Assembly: GCA_013239625.1 (NCBI GenBank)
Contig: MU056050.1
Span: 4,907,366 to 4,971,365 of the forward strand
Direction of reading: 5' to 3'
Origin: Lama guanicoe
Taxonomy: Eukaryota
DNA length: 64,000 nucleotides
The position numbers and the translations under genes are program-made. Numbering within the stretch: the first letter of the stretch is position 1; every line of letters starts with the position of its first letter. Below are positions 52,208 through 64,000 of the stretch, piece after piece. The notes under the pieces are model-generated. The model saw only the letters and a list, made by a program, of their open reading frames with translations. It had not been told where the DNA came from and ran no database searches.

Positions 52208-53778
52208 GGAGTGATTTCAGCAAGATGGTAAAATAGGAGTTTTTAGACCTCATCTCACTATAGAAACACCAATTTTGACAACCACTTATGAATGAGAGTA
52301 CCTTTGTGAAGCCTGGGAGTCCAGCAGAGAGGTCCCAGCATCCTGTTGGGGCAAAATTCTGAGAACAAATGCATTGAAGAGAGTTACAATTATAGTTTCA
52401 CTTTACTCACCTCATCCCTCCACCAAGGCAGCACAGATCAGTCCCAAGAGAGACTCCCTCAGCCTGTAGTTTCTCATAAAGGAAAGTGAGAGTGTAGTGA
52501 GTGCCTGACTTGCCCAGCCATATTGAAAAAGAGGTCAATTCATTAAAAGGAACTAACAAGTGTAAATATATATGCACCCAACATTGGAACACCTAAATAT
52601 ATAAAACAAATATTACCAAAACTGAAGCGAGAAATTGTCAAGAATGTAAAATAGTAAGGAACTTCACTGCTCTACTTTCAACAATGGATAGATCATTCAG
52701 ACAGAAAATGAATTAGAAAACAGCAGACTCAAACACTATAGAGCAAATGGACTTAACAGACATACAGAGAATAGTCTATCCAATTGCACCAGAATACACA
52801 TTCTTTTTAAGTGCACATGGAATATTGTCCATGAAAGAATGTATGTTAGGCCACAAAGCAAGTCCTGACAAATTTAGAAAGATTAAAATCATATCTATTA
52901 TATCTTCTGATCACAATGATATGAAATTAGAAATCAATAACAGAAGCAAAACTGAAAAATTCACAAAAATGTGGAAATTAAACAACATACTACTGAACAA
53001 CCAGTGTGTCAAAAAAGAAATAAAAAGGCAAATCAGATTGTATCTTAAGACAAATGAAAATGAAAACACAGCATACCAAAACTAATGGGATGCAGCAGAA
53101 GCAGTTCTAAGAGTGAAGGGTATAGTAATAAATGCCTACATTAAGACAAGACAAAAATCTCAAATAAATGACCTAATTTTATACTTCAGGGAATTAGACA
53201 AAGAAGAATAAATTAAGCCCAAAGTCAGCAGAAGAAAAAGACTAGAGCAAAGTATATGAAACAGAAACTAGAAAGACAATAGGAAAAAAATCATTGAAAC
53301 TAGGAGTTGGTTTTTTGAATGGTTAAAAAAATTGACAAACATTTATCTAAACTAAACATGCGAAAACAAGAGAAGACTCAAATAAAATTATAGGTGAAAG
53401 AGAAGATACTAGAAAATTCTATCACATAAACAAAAAGGATCATAAGAAGCTGCTATGAACAATTTTATCTAAACTTGAACAACTTAGAAGAAATGGATAA
53501 GTTCCTAGAAACATATGACCTACTGAGACTTAATTACGAAGAAACAGAAAACCTAAACAGATCAATAATGAGTAAGGAGATTGAATCAATAAACAAAAAC
53601 CTCTCAACAAAGGTAAACCCAAGATCAGATAGCTTCACAGCTGAGTTTTACCAAATATTTAAAGAATGAATACCAATCCTTCTCTAATTCTTCCAGAAGA
53701 TGAATCCAAGGGAACACTCCCAAATGCATTTTCCAAGGTCAGCATTAGCCTCATACCAAAGCTAGATAAGGACACTAC
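52208..53778 (+). mobile_element. L1M 5'UTR start fused to an ORF2 endonuclease/linker fragment
   Basis: gatttcagcaagatgg start; from ~52525 EN sequence (aatatatatgcacccaac = NIYAPN); ORF 52747..53085 MDLTDI..EYTFFLSAHG..LGHK..SDHN; ORF 53475..53669 NLEEMDKFLETY. Confidence 0.92.
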
Positions 53779-53779
53779 C

Positions 53780-54260
53780 CCCTGTTGTAGTCCGGGACAG
53801 TTGCAGGATAGGTGAGAAGAAGTTGTGATATTCTGGATGTATTTTGAAGATGGAGGCAACATGACTTCCTGAAGGATTTTATGTGGACTAAGAGAAAAAA
53901 ATATAAATCCAGATAGCTAAGAATTTGGGTCTTAATAACTGTAAGATTAGAGGCTGTTGTTAGTTGGAATGGGAAAGCTTGAAAAGAGCAGGTTTGAGAG
54001 ATTAGCAAGGGTTGAGTTGTAGTCATGTTCATTTTGATAGTCCTGTGAGACATCAAGTGAACATCAAGCCCCTTTCCTTCACATCACTCTGAGTATCATT
54101 GCTACCATGGAGGAAGAGAAGAGTATCAGAATAACTCCAACCAGTGGTCCTGTATCTGGGGGAAAATATTCCAGGCAGAGGAAACAACTAGTATGAAGGT
54201 GGTGATATGAGAGCAGTGCTCAACCCTAGTTGGAATGGAAGAACCAGAGCACTGTGTTCT
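53780..54260 (-). mobile_element. L2 fragments
   Basis: gtgagaagaagttgtgatattctggatgtattttgaagatggag..ttccaggcagaggaaacaac. Confidence 0.7.
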
Positions 54261-54399
54261 ACAGGCTGACGACACATTTCTTCTCACCTAGGGGACAACA
54301 GACTACGCGATCTGAGCACAGTGAAGGAAAGTAAATGCAATAACAGAAAACTACCCACCCCAAAGCACATGTGTCTTGATACAGTAAATAAATAAAAGA

Positions 54400-55090
54400 T
54401 ATACTATTAAATAATTTTGTAGTTAATGAGGAAATTATTATGTAAATTACCACATGGGAGACTGAGAATGAAAGTATTAAATACTCTAAATTGTGGTATT
54501 CAGCTAAAATAGTACTTAATGGGAAATTTATAGCTTTGAATATACATATGAGAAAATAAGAGTGAAAATAAATGAGCTATACATTCAACCCAGGAGGCTA
54601 GGTAAAGAGCAACAGTAAAGTCAAAGAATAAGAAATGATATATATGATATATTCAAAATTATTTATAAATCAAAAGCTGGTTCTTAGAAAGGAATGGTAG
54701 AAAGGATAGATAGCTAACAAGAATAATCAACAAAAATAAAATCAGAGAGACCAAATACAGATGGAAAAGTGGGCAATAAGTAAAGATAAAATAGCAATAG
54801 CAGTGTGAAATAATAATATAATCAACCTTATACAAATATATTAAAACATAAGTGAAGTTAATGTATTTCTGGAAAAATATTAAACATCAAAGTAAACATA
54901 CAATAAAACAGCAAAATGGAAGCATTGAAATATTCATTCCATGTATTGAAATGAAAATAAAAATCTCCTGCCACTGCCAATGGCCCCAGAATCAGACAAT
55001 TTTACAGTTGAATTCTACCAAACATTCAATAAACATGTAATATCAATTTCTATCCTGTACGAAGAGTTGCTGAAAATAGAAAAATAAATT
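54400..55090 (+). mobile_element. Old L1ME ORF2 fragment
   Basis: cagctaaaatagtacttaatgggaaatttatagc..caaaagctggttctt..ttttacagttgaattctaccaaacattcaa. Confidence 0.75.
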
Positions 55091-55399
55091 TAAATGATGA
55101 AAGTATTTGGAAAATATTTAACAGCTTTATTGAGGTGTTTTGGCATATTATTATTGTTGGCAATGATTGGGGGTAATAGGAAGCACCGTGTATTGCTAGT
55201 GAGAATGCAAGCTGATGCTTGTTCTGGAAAGCGTACTTATAGTACCAATTTAATTTAAAAATGTATCTTAAGACCTGGCATCTTATTTCTGTGTTTTTAT
55301 CTCAGAAAAACTGTCACCCAGGTTCAAAAGAAAACAGGTGTGATACCTCTTTTAATGAGTTACTTAACATGGTAGCTATTTCTTTGTTAAGTAGAATTC

Positions 55400-55540
55400 T
55401 ACTGCCAGTATCACTTAGAGTGCTTTGTTAAAACACACGTATTAACAACCAACCTATGGGCAATATGATTCAGTAGGTTTGGGTTGAGACCCAGACGTGA
55501 GTATCTTGAAAAATCATAACACGTGGTTTTGACATTTTAC
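55400..55540. mobile_element. MER5-like MITE
   Basis: tcacttagagtgctttgttaaaacac..tgattcagtaggtttgggttgagacccag. Confidence 0.65.
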
Positions 55541-57219
55541 CCTTCATTAAGATGTAGTGACGTGGTGTGATTAGCATATACCCACTTCTCCCAAGAGTTC
55601 AGTTACAGGATTTCCCGAGTTCACCATGGAATAAGTGGGAAGCTCGAAGGTTGAAGAACACAGGAGGTCAAGCAAAGCTCTCATTCTCCAGTTTTCTCTT
55701 AGTCTTTAGATTGTGTATTTATCAGAGCCAGAGAGGCCAGGAAATTCATCCCACATAAATGTTAGTATAATGCTTTTCGGAATAGAGTAAGCATTTATGG
55801 ATGATTTGAGAGAGTTTATCCCAAATGTATTGAAGTCTACTCCACATCAAATTGGTTTTCTCCCATAATTTTTTGTAAACAAACAAATAAACAAACAGAA
55901 ATCCACTTCATAATCCATTGGATATGTTTACCTTGGAGATATGGAAAGCCCACAAGACTTTTACTTCTCCCACCACTGTCACAAATTCTGTGTCCGAAAA
56001 CTGATCAAAAACTCCAATCCTTTCCTTTAAGTCAATGTCAGGACATTTCCTGTAGCTCAGAGATCTATGTAGTTGTTGGCTGAGACTGCAGAGAAAATGA
56101 GAAACCCTCTACAAGTCTGTGGTTAACACTACTGACTCCAATTCTCAAATAACCCAGGAAGAATTATATCATGTTGATCTTCAGAACTTGCTTGCTAGCT
56201 GGTGTGACTTGAGCCACATTCACCTTGCCTCTCACCACCCCCACCTCTCAAGCCAAATATATCAATCAGTAGGTAATTTATGTTTTCTTGTTAATGCTTC
56301 AAAAGTTGGTAAAATTTTAGCCACATTTGAAGAATTTGAAGTAGAAGTATAATGAGCTAATCAATCAGTTTAACAGATTGATTATGATCCTTTCGTTTTG
56401 GAAGGAAGGGAGTGAAGAAAAGACATAAAGAAGGAGCTGAGAGTGGAGAATAGATTGGTAAGGGAGAAAGAAGAGTATATATTCATTATTGACTCCAAGT
56501 ATATCTAGAGTGGATTCTTCTAAGTCTCCCTTGGGCATAGACAAATATGTAACGAAGTAATAGTTGTGGGTTTGACTCCTGTAAATATAAGCCACTCTGA
56601 CTCACAGGATTTATGTAGTTTTGTTTAAAACCAGGAGATTTTATGTGAAGCTTGTTTGAGGAATTTTTATTGATGAATTGCATTTTAAAATTCTAACTTC
56701 ATAACTACTAGTGTTTCTTATATGGTATTCATTAAAGTGCTGTAAGAGTATCTGGTTAAACAGAGTATTTTCTTTTATGGCTATGCTGGATAACAGAAGA
56801 GCTTCTCTACTACCCAGATTTTTCCTATGAGCTTTGTGATGAAGCAAATTTGCAAAATAAAAGTGAAATAATACCAAAGAGAAACTGTAACTAAAAATGA
56901 AAACTCTTCTCTGTCAATAGTTCCTATGTTTAGAGGATTTCTACTCCATACACATTTAGTTTCAGCCTGAGGTGATGAGAGAAAATAACATTTGACACTG
57001 TAACAAAAAACCTGTCTGAAAGATTATTTTTGTTTGAAAGCTGGAAAATTGATAATAGGAACTGAACAATGGTGGAAAATCGGGTAGGCTATGGCAGTGA
57101 TAACATTCTGGTGGCATCCTGTCCTCTGAGCAAGGAAACAGTATAACTCAATGCCCTCCACATTTCCCTGCTTACTATATTCAAGAAAAGTGGAAGGATA
57201 GGCGTAACCTCTAACAGCA

Positions 57220-57490
57220 GTAGAGGAATGGTGTGGTTATAAGCACAAAGCTAGTTAGAAAACGTGTAGGTAGCGGAATGCAGTGGGAGCTTGAGGTCAA
57301 ACAATCTTGTATTTGAATTCTGGGTTGAGTACTTTCTAGTACCGTGACTTATGTCAAATTAACGTTCCTGGTTTCCTTCTCTTTAAAACAGGAATATTAA
57401 TACCAGCTTTGCAGAGTTGCCAGACTTAGTAATGAAATATGTAAAGGATCTTGTACTATGTATGTGGTCAGTAAATGGTAATGATTATTG
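57220..57490 (+). mobile_element. MIR
   Basis: gtatttgaattctgg..gtgactt..tttccttctctttaaaacaggaatattaatacc..tcagtaaatggtaatgattatt. Confidence 0.7.
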
Positions 57491-58713
57491 TTACTTTTCC
57501 CACACCAACAAAAGTTTACATAGGAAGACCTCAAAAAGAAACCCGTATGGTAGTGAATATTCTGATAAAGAAACAGTATTGCTAATGAATTTTCCTACCC
57601 GATTTCAAGCTAAATTGCCTTATTATCTTTAAAAGTTCAGCTCTCACTGTTCTAGGAAGAAAATTGACTTTAAAGTCAAGTAACCATTAAACATGTCTAG
57701 CATAGGGCAGTGTTTGAGAACACCATGCATAAACTAATGTGGAATAATTTAAAAATGGAGATACTGTGACTACATTGTATTTTCCTTCTTTTTTGAGGCT
57801 TTTTTTTTTTTCTGTAGCTATGCCCAAAGTGAAAATCTGTAAATGTAAATGTAGGCCACATCACATAGGTTTCTTAACAAGCATCTCTTCATAAAGCAAT
57901 CAATGATCTCTGACCAAAAATAAAATAAATTTATAAAATTTCTCTAGGGCAAAGAAATACTGTGTACAAGCTTAATTTGAAACAAAATAAGCCTGATCAA
58001 TTTATGAACATCAGTGTTCCATATTTACAACTATTCTCCACTACCCTGTATTAATATTATGCAAAATAAGGTTTTTTATGGAGTAAGACATGTTACCCAT
58101 TTGGATGCTTAATTTATGTAATTAAAGCAATTAAAAACTTAGTTATTTCAGATACAAATATGATCACTAAATATAACTCCAAAATTCATACAAAACAAAT
58201 CATATATACTTTGAAAATACTCAGGGCACTAGAGAATGAAAGAGAAATAGAATGGAATAGTAGATAGCAGAGGCTTCTTAAAAGATTGAAATAAAATGAC
58301 CAATCTATCAATTTAATGTTAAAAGTTAGAATGGCAAAGTATTCTAGATGAAATCTGAAATCTTCGAGAAATTGATAAGAACAGATTCAAAAATTCTATT
58401 AAGGTTCAGCATTGTAGGTTTAATGTTATCTCTGTTATGTTCAGAGACAAATGATAGGTTCCTGTCACTGGATGGAATAAGAGTTTTGGACGTTTTTATC
58501 TGATGATTAGAATGCAAACCCCTCAAGTCAGATTAGAAATTCTATACCTTCAGGTGTGGATGCATCTGTGAACACCAAGGGGGGACCCGGGCTGCCCAGT
58601 TCCTGCATCCTACCTGAGAAGAAAGATAAGCAGAGTAGGTGCTCTCCTTAGAATCGGTCACGAAAGGCCTATGAGCTCCCTGCCAACCAGGGGAGTAATT
58701 ACCTGGAATAGTC

Positions 58714-59229
58714 TGTGCTGGTAGAATTCTAGATGAGCCACAAAGATCCCTGACCTCTGTATATGTGACCCACATAATTACTTTCTCTTGAGTATCGGTA
58801 GAACCTGTGAATATGATTTGATCTTACTCCCTTGATTAGAATACTGATCAGTTGATATTGAGGTAAACAAAAGGAAGGTAATATTGGGTGGCCATGGTGT
58901 TTCAGAGTAGGCTTTAAAAGAAGATGAAGTGTACAAAGGGTGTGGTCTTGGCTGGTTTTGAAAATGTAGCCTCTATGAGCCCTAGAGCTGGAAAGAAATG
59001 GAATGTGTCAGCAGCCGCATTAGTTTGGAAAAGGAACCTGAGCCTTAGATAAGATCCAAACTCTGGCCAGTACCTTCATTTTAGTCTGGTGAGGTCCTGA
59101 GCAGAGGATCCAGCTAAGCTATTCAGTGCCTGGGCTCCTATCCATAGAAGCTGTAAGGTGATGAATTTGGGTTGTTTTAAACCACTAAGTTTGTGGTAAC
59201 TTGCTGTGCAGCAATAGAAAACTAATACA
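58714..59229 (+). mobile_element. MaLR solo LTR (MLT1E/F-like)
   Basis: tgtgctggtagaattctagatg start; ends ttttaaaccactaagtttgtggtaacttgctgtgcagcaatagaaaactaataca; 5-bp TSD tagtc / cagtc. Confidence 0.88.
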
Positions 59230-59501
59230 CAGTCTAGTTATGCTTTGTTGAAATAGAAAAGCTCAGTTAAAATAGAAAAATATGTAACTGAGAAAAAAAA
59301 AACGGCATGTGCAGATATGACGAAGGAAGTGAAGACATAAATGGAAAGTGAGTGATCAACGTGAAGTGGCCAGAAGTGTTAAGAGGAGGACAAATTGAGG
59401 AGCGGAGTGAAAGGTAGAGGGGGAACAAAGACGAAAGGTCTGTATTTATTCTGGTCTATTCTTATGAAGTAACATGAATAGCTCTTGTTCTGGAATGTGG
59501 A

Positions 59502-59629
59502 TTGATTGATTGATTCGTTCATTTATTTATTAAGAACATCTTTTTTTTAAATGGAAGTATTGGAGATTGAACCCAGGATCTCCTGCATGCTAAGCAGGCA
59601 CTCTACGCCTGAGCTATACCCCAGCCCCA
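59502..59629 (-). mobile_element. tRNA-Ala-derived camelid SINE
   Basis: Minus strand GGGGTATAGCTCAGGCGTAGAGTGCCTGCTTAGCATGCAGGAGATCCTGGGTTCAATCTCCAATACTTCCA with A-box (59606-59616) and B-box (59565-59573), A/AAAT/AATC tail, TSD gaatgtgga (59493-59501, 59630-59638). Confidence 0.92.
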
Positions 59630-60449
59630 GAATGTGGACTTTAAAATACACTTTTTTGGCCTACTGGATAGATGGATATTGCTTCTCTTACTGAGTTTCA
59701 GACCAGTGAATAAAGTCAAAGGGTGAATGAAAGACATAAACAGACTGGGCAAGAGAGAGTAGTGAAAGTCAGTGAATATTTATAGAGAGGGAAAAAGTGA
59801 TGCACAAGGTGATGAGATGGATGCTACAGACAATTTGAATAAGCTTAGAATGAGTCGTATTTGTAGCTGATTCTTGTAATGAAACTGATGATATATGCCT
59901 GAATGGATTTTTAATAGTTTATTTTCTAGTAGTTTGCCTATTCCCTAGTCCTTTCTTTAAGTATGAGACCTTTTGGTGTAAAACATACCTAACTGATGTC
60001 TACTGCCTACTTACTATGACTTTGAAGAATTGCTTGCCCCATATTTCCCATTACTGTGCTCTAATTACCCATTGTGATGTCCAGATACTTTATCTTGACC
60101 TATTATTCATTACTAAGTGCATGCCTGGAGCACAAAATTCTATTACCATATACTATGGATGCTATATTTTACCCAACAGAGTAAAATATCCCCAGTGACT
60201 CCTTCTCCTATACCTTCCATGACTTAGAGAGTACACATCCATTCATTTACTGTTTGATAGGAAAATAGGCCATGCCTGACTAAAAAATGGGGCAGAACAT
60301 TTAAATCCTAGCCCTTTAAAGTAAATCTCATATCTCCATTTTGCAAAAACATATCTATTTAGATTTCCTGAAATTTTAGGAAATTGAAGACAATGGTCAT
60401 GATCCCAATCACTTGCTGACTTCAGAATGTAGTCAAAGTATGAACCACA

Positions 60450-60600
60450 GTTAAAGAGCGTTAGAATCATCTGTGGATAACTTCTTATAAATAGATTCCC
60501 AGGTCTCAACCTCATAATCTTTGATCTTTAATTAAGGAAACTGCATTTAAAACAGGCTCCTCAGGTGATTATTGTGCAAGAAAAATTTTGAGAGCCACAG
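60450..60600. mobile_element. MER5A-like MITE
   Basis: ttagaatcatctgtgga..agattcccaggtctcaacctc..ctgcatttaaaacaggctcctcaggtgatt..tttgagagccac. Confidence 0.8.
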
Positions 60601-62669
60601 GATTAAACATTTTAGAGATGTAATATAAATCTTTCACATTTTGTTTTACAAATTGGAACAAATTGTGAAGGAATGTCAGCACTTGGTAATGTATTAATTA
60701 TTTTCCTTTACTCATCTCAATATTTCTTTTAATTTTCAAGTTCACAGTCTAAGGAAGTATTCCCTCAACAATATTATGTGTTTGCATGGAGTAACATGAT
60801 TGCTGATATCAGATTGGCTTTTATGGGGTTGGTTCTTTTCCATGACCAGCATTTAGAGATAAACAGTGTAGGAAAGATGATTGTAAAGATGAGATAATAA
60901 GAAAGCTAAGTAAACAGGATTTGTAAGCACACTGAAGATTGATTCTTCTGGTCAGTCCAGAGACATGAGATACATGTTACAGAACTGTGGATTCAAAACA
61001 AATATCACTCACGGGTAGGACAGAGTTATTTATATGTTGCTATATTTGGTTATTACTGGTTCTGGAATTGGGTGGACCAAACTTGCAAGTAATTGGTTTT
61101 CATTACCAGCATCAGGGCTGTTCAGAGTATTTTAATATATTTTAGAGATAAACATATCTCACTGAATTCTAATTCATGATTCATGCCCAATAAGTAAATT
61201 ATTACTATACAATGTTAGACACTTTTGCACTTTTGACTCTAAGGTCACCAATGGAGAGCAACTTTCATTTTTATTGCTTAAGTAAAAACAGGAGTGAGTT
61301 CGACTAAGGTTATTTTTGTACCTGTGAAAGAATGTTTCCCTACATAGCACTATTAAACACATAGCTGAAGGTCTCCAATTTGAGAATTTCATATGGTCTG
61401 AAAAAATACCTCTCTCAGAATAATGAAAATATTTGATAAATAGAAGTGTGATTTGGGTGAAAATCCCCACAATTTCTATATGTAAGATATAATTCCTATC
61501 CATAACTGGAATTCTAAAAAACAGTATAGAAATAAGGCAGTTGATGAATGTTATAAATAAAAGTACCTTTATGTGACAATCTGAGACATGCATTTGGGAA
61601 AATGTTGATATGTTATTATAAGCGCAACTGATCACTTTAAATTTAGGATTACAAATTACCATTTCATTCGGGATTAACCAAGTAGGTTGTATATCAGAGA
61701 AATAACAACCAAATCCCCAAATTGAGACCATAAATTATTGTACGTAAAATATACTGCATACTAATAAACCTAGAATCTAATTATGCAAAGTATGTTATAA
61801 TTAGAAATGGGATCATGACCCTACTTTACCTTAGTCCGTGTCATAAGACTACTATATTATTCCATACTATTGTAACTCTCTCTAGAAAAATTACAGAATG
61901 AAAAAAGATAAGTAATGTATTATGATTAGGAAAAGTTGAAAAGGATGTTTCAGTGAATATGAGTGACCAAATCATAATTACTCACAATTTAAAGACAAGA
62001 TAAGTTGACACTGTATTGATCTCATTTGTTGGTAAAAGACTTTCAGCATTACAATACTGAATTTTATATATATCTTTTCCAAATACTATGCATATATACA
62101 TCAAGAGTTTTCCTTAAGTGATGAATTAGTTATTGATAATGAATTCTGTACAATTATGCATAAATTTAATCTTTCTATAAACAAAACATTGGTAGCAAAA
62201 TGAAGAACTCAGTATTTAAAATAGAATGGATTGTCAAATGGCATTGGAATGTAAAAATTTAGCTTATTTATACTATTTGCAGTGACTTTGAAGATAAGTG
62301 TGCAAATTCAGTGCCTTCCCTAATTGATTTAGATCATTACTGGAAGCAGTAAAAATTACATTCAAAAGAAAATTCTGCATTGGGGAACAATATGAGAATC
62401 AGTAGTAAAGAATTGGGTACAAATAATTAGATTTGTAACAGGAAAAATTGGGTGTCTTAATGTACGGCAAGAATCAGATATGACTAAAATATTCACTTGA
62501 TCTGACCCTATGAAACACATGAAGGCAAAGTTTGTGGCTAGAATTTGAAATCAAGAGCTCCCTGTTGATAGTGGACTAACGCAACCTGGCTAAAGAAAAT
62601 AATGATGGTGAAGATGAATATGAAGGTGAATTTAAAGCTGATAGTGATGTGGCATTCATTGTCCATGTG

Positions 62670-62860
62670 GTGCAGTGGACATGGAAGATCTGAGTTTGAT
62701 TTCCATTTTCACCATTTATTAGCATTGTGACCTTGAACAAGTTACAACTCCTTAGAAATTTCACATTTGCAAAATGTAACTAATAAGGCTTATGTCACCA
62801 GATTGTTCAAAGAGATAATGTGTGTAAAAGCACTTCACAAACTATAATTTTCTGTGTCAT
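62670..62860 (+). mobile_element. MIR
   Basis: gaagatctgagtttgattt..tgtgaccttgaacaagttacaactcc..atgtgtgtaaaagcactt. Confidence 0.75.
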
Positions 62861-64000
62861 CCTATATTTATACTCCTGACCCTTAAGAAGAAAATTGTTT
62901 CAGTTGCCCCTAAATCAAGTAGTACCTATCCTAAATATTAAGGCCTCTACAGCAACCTGGGGTAGTTAATTCCTGCTATGAATGATAATGCTCCAAATTT
63001 TGTCAGGTTCTAATAATCTGGTATTTCAAAAGGAGTTTCAAAACCTTATGTCTACTGTATTTCATGAAATGAACTATTTATAAAAAATTTCAATTATAAT
63101 CTGTGAAGTCAAGTTTATTATTAGTTCTTACTGTGTTTCTGCAATTCAGTCCTTAGTCTCATGCTGATTGCTTTCTTCATTTATTTTCAGTTTTTCCATC
63201 TTTCCACAATAGAAACTGTAAATCTCCCTTGTTCAAAAATTAATTGCATGAGAATCATAAAATTCTAGCATTCTAATATGCATGGATATTCTAATTCCTT
63301 GGATCTCTTGGGCAACAGTATTGTTTTTCTGTCAGGCATTTAAAATGATACACATGCAGAAGTTTGTTAATGGTTCATTGAAATGGATTTTAGTATATAG
63401 ACTATAGCATTACTTCTTTACTTATTTGGTAAGAGTGTAATGAACATAATCTAACATGAAAAAAACAGAACCTACCAGTAATTAGTAAGGATAAAGTAAC
63501 CCATATCGCAAATATAATTAAGTTAAAGACAGAAGCAAAATTATTAAACTCTAATTTCAAATTAAGTACATAAAAAGATAGTTATATTAATGCTTACAAT
63601 ATCAAGTTTAAATTTGAAAACATAAAGGTAAAAATAAAATGGAAAGTAATTTTTTTTTGTATCAAAGCACACATCTACTATCTCACTTAAAGATAAATGG
63701 GTCTATTTTTTACCATCTGAACTATTTTTAATTTTAATTTTTATCATTTATTTTTATTTTTAGTTGTAGATCTATTTTGGGGGTGACTTAAGAAAGGAGA
63801 AAAAGATATGACATAAAGCAGGCAAAATAATGTTAGAGTTTTTTGTGCCCAATGGCATAAAACAGCAAAATAATGTTAGTTTTTAATTTCTCTCTTGTTC
63901 TTCTGTCTTTAATATCCTAGACTGTCTAATTTACTTTTCAGCCAACATTTTTTCAATATGTAGCTCAAGCAAGACACAAGTTAAATGTTCATATAATCAA

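Noticed and set aside
52747..53669. Endonuclease/RT-like ORFs as a host gene or novel system
   Set aside because: They are broken L1 ORF2 fragments with stops and frameshifts between them; the same applies to 7595-8630.
59552..59628. Possible tRNA-Ala gene
   Set aside because: Stem mismatches, an A-rich tail and a TSD indicate a SINE copy.
61174..61731. Longest ORF (185 aa, minus strand)
   Set aside because: I/F/L/S-rich composition typical of chance AT-rich ORFs, no recognisable domain, non-ATG start and no splice context.
1..64000. CRISPR arrays, operons, or prokaryotic defence/RT systems
   Set aside because: The sequence is mammalian; there are no regularly spaced direct repeats and no gene-dense segments.

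Overview
AT-rich, repeat-dense mammalian genomic DNA, most likely camelid (alpaca/camel). The species call rests on a tRNA-Ala-derived SINE, the L1 3'-end types, and no Alu/B1/Bov-tA/PRE1/SINEC seen; it is recalled from memory, not from a search. I found no recognisable protein-coding gene. The listed ORFs are decayed L1 ORF2 pieces, LTR or microsatellite artefacts, or chance ORFs. Much of the window is interspersed repeat: young camelid L1 3' ends, old L1M/HAL1, L2, L3/CR1, MIR, MER5, five solo LTRs (three with visible TSDs) and one SINE. Old L1s and LTRs are mostly on the + strand, which hints at an intron of a minus-strand transcript. The most interesting non-repeat parts are a CpG-retaining block at about 16.7-18.5 kb, homeodomain/TALE motif clusters (5.7, 29.9, 33.5 kb) and several exon-like segments on the minus strand, all unverified. 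I see no support for a novel biological system. Repeat subfamily names and boundaries without TSDs are approximate.
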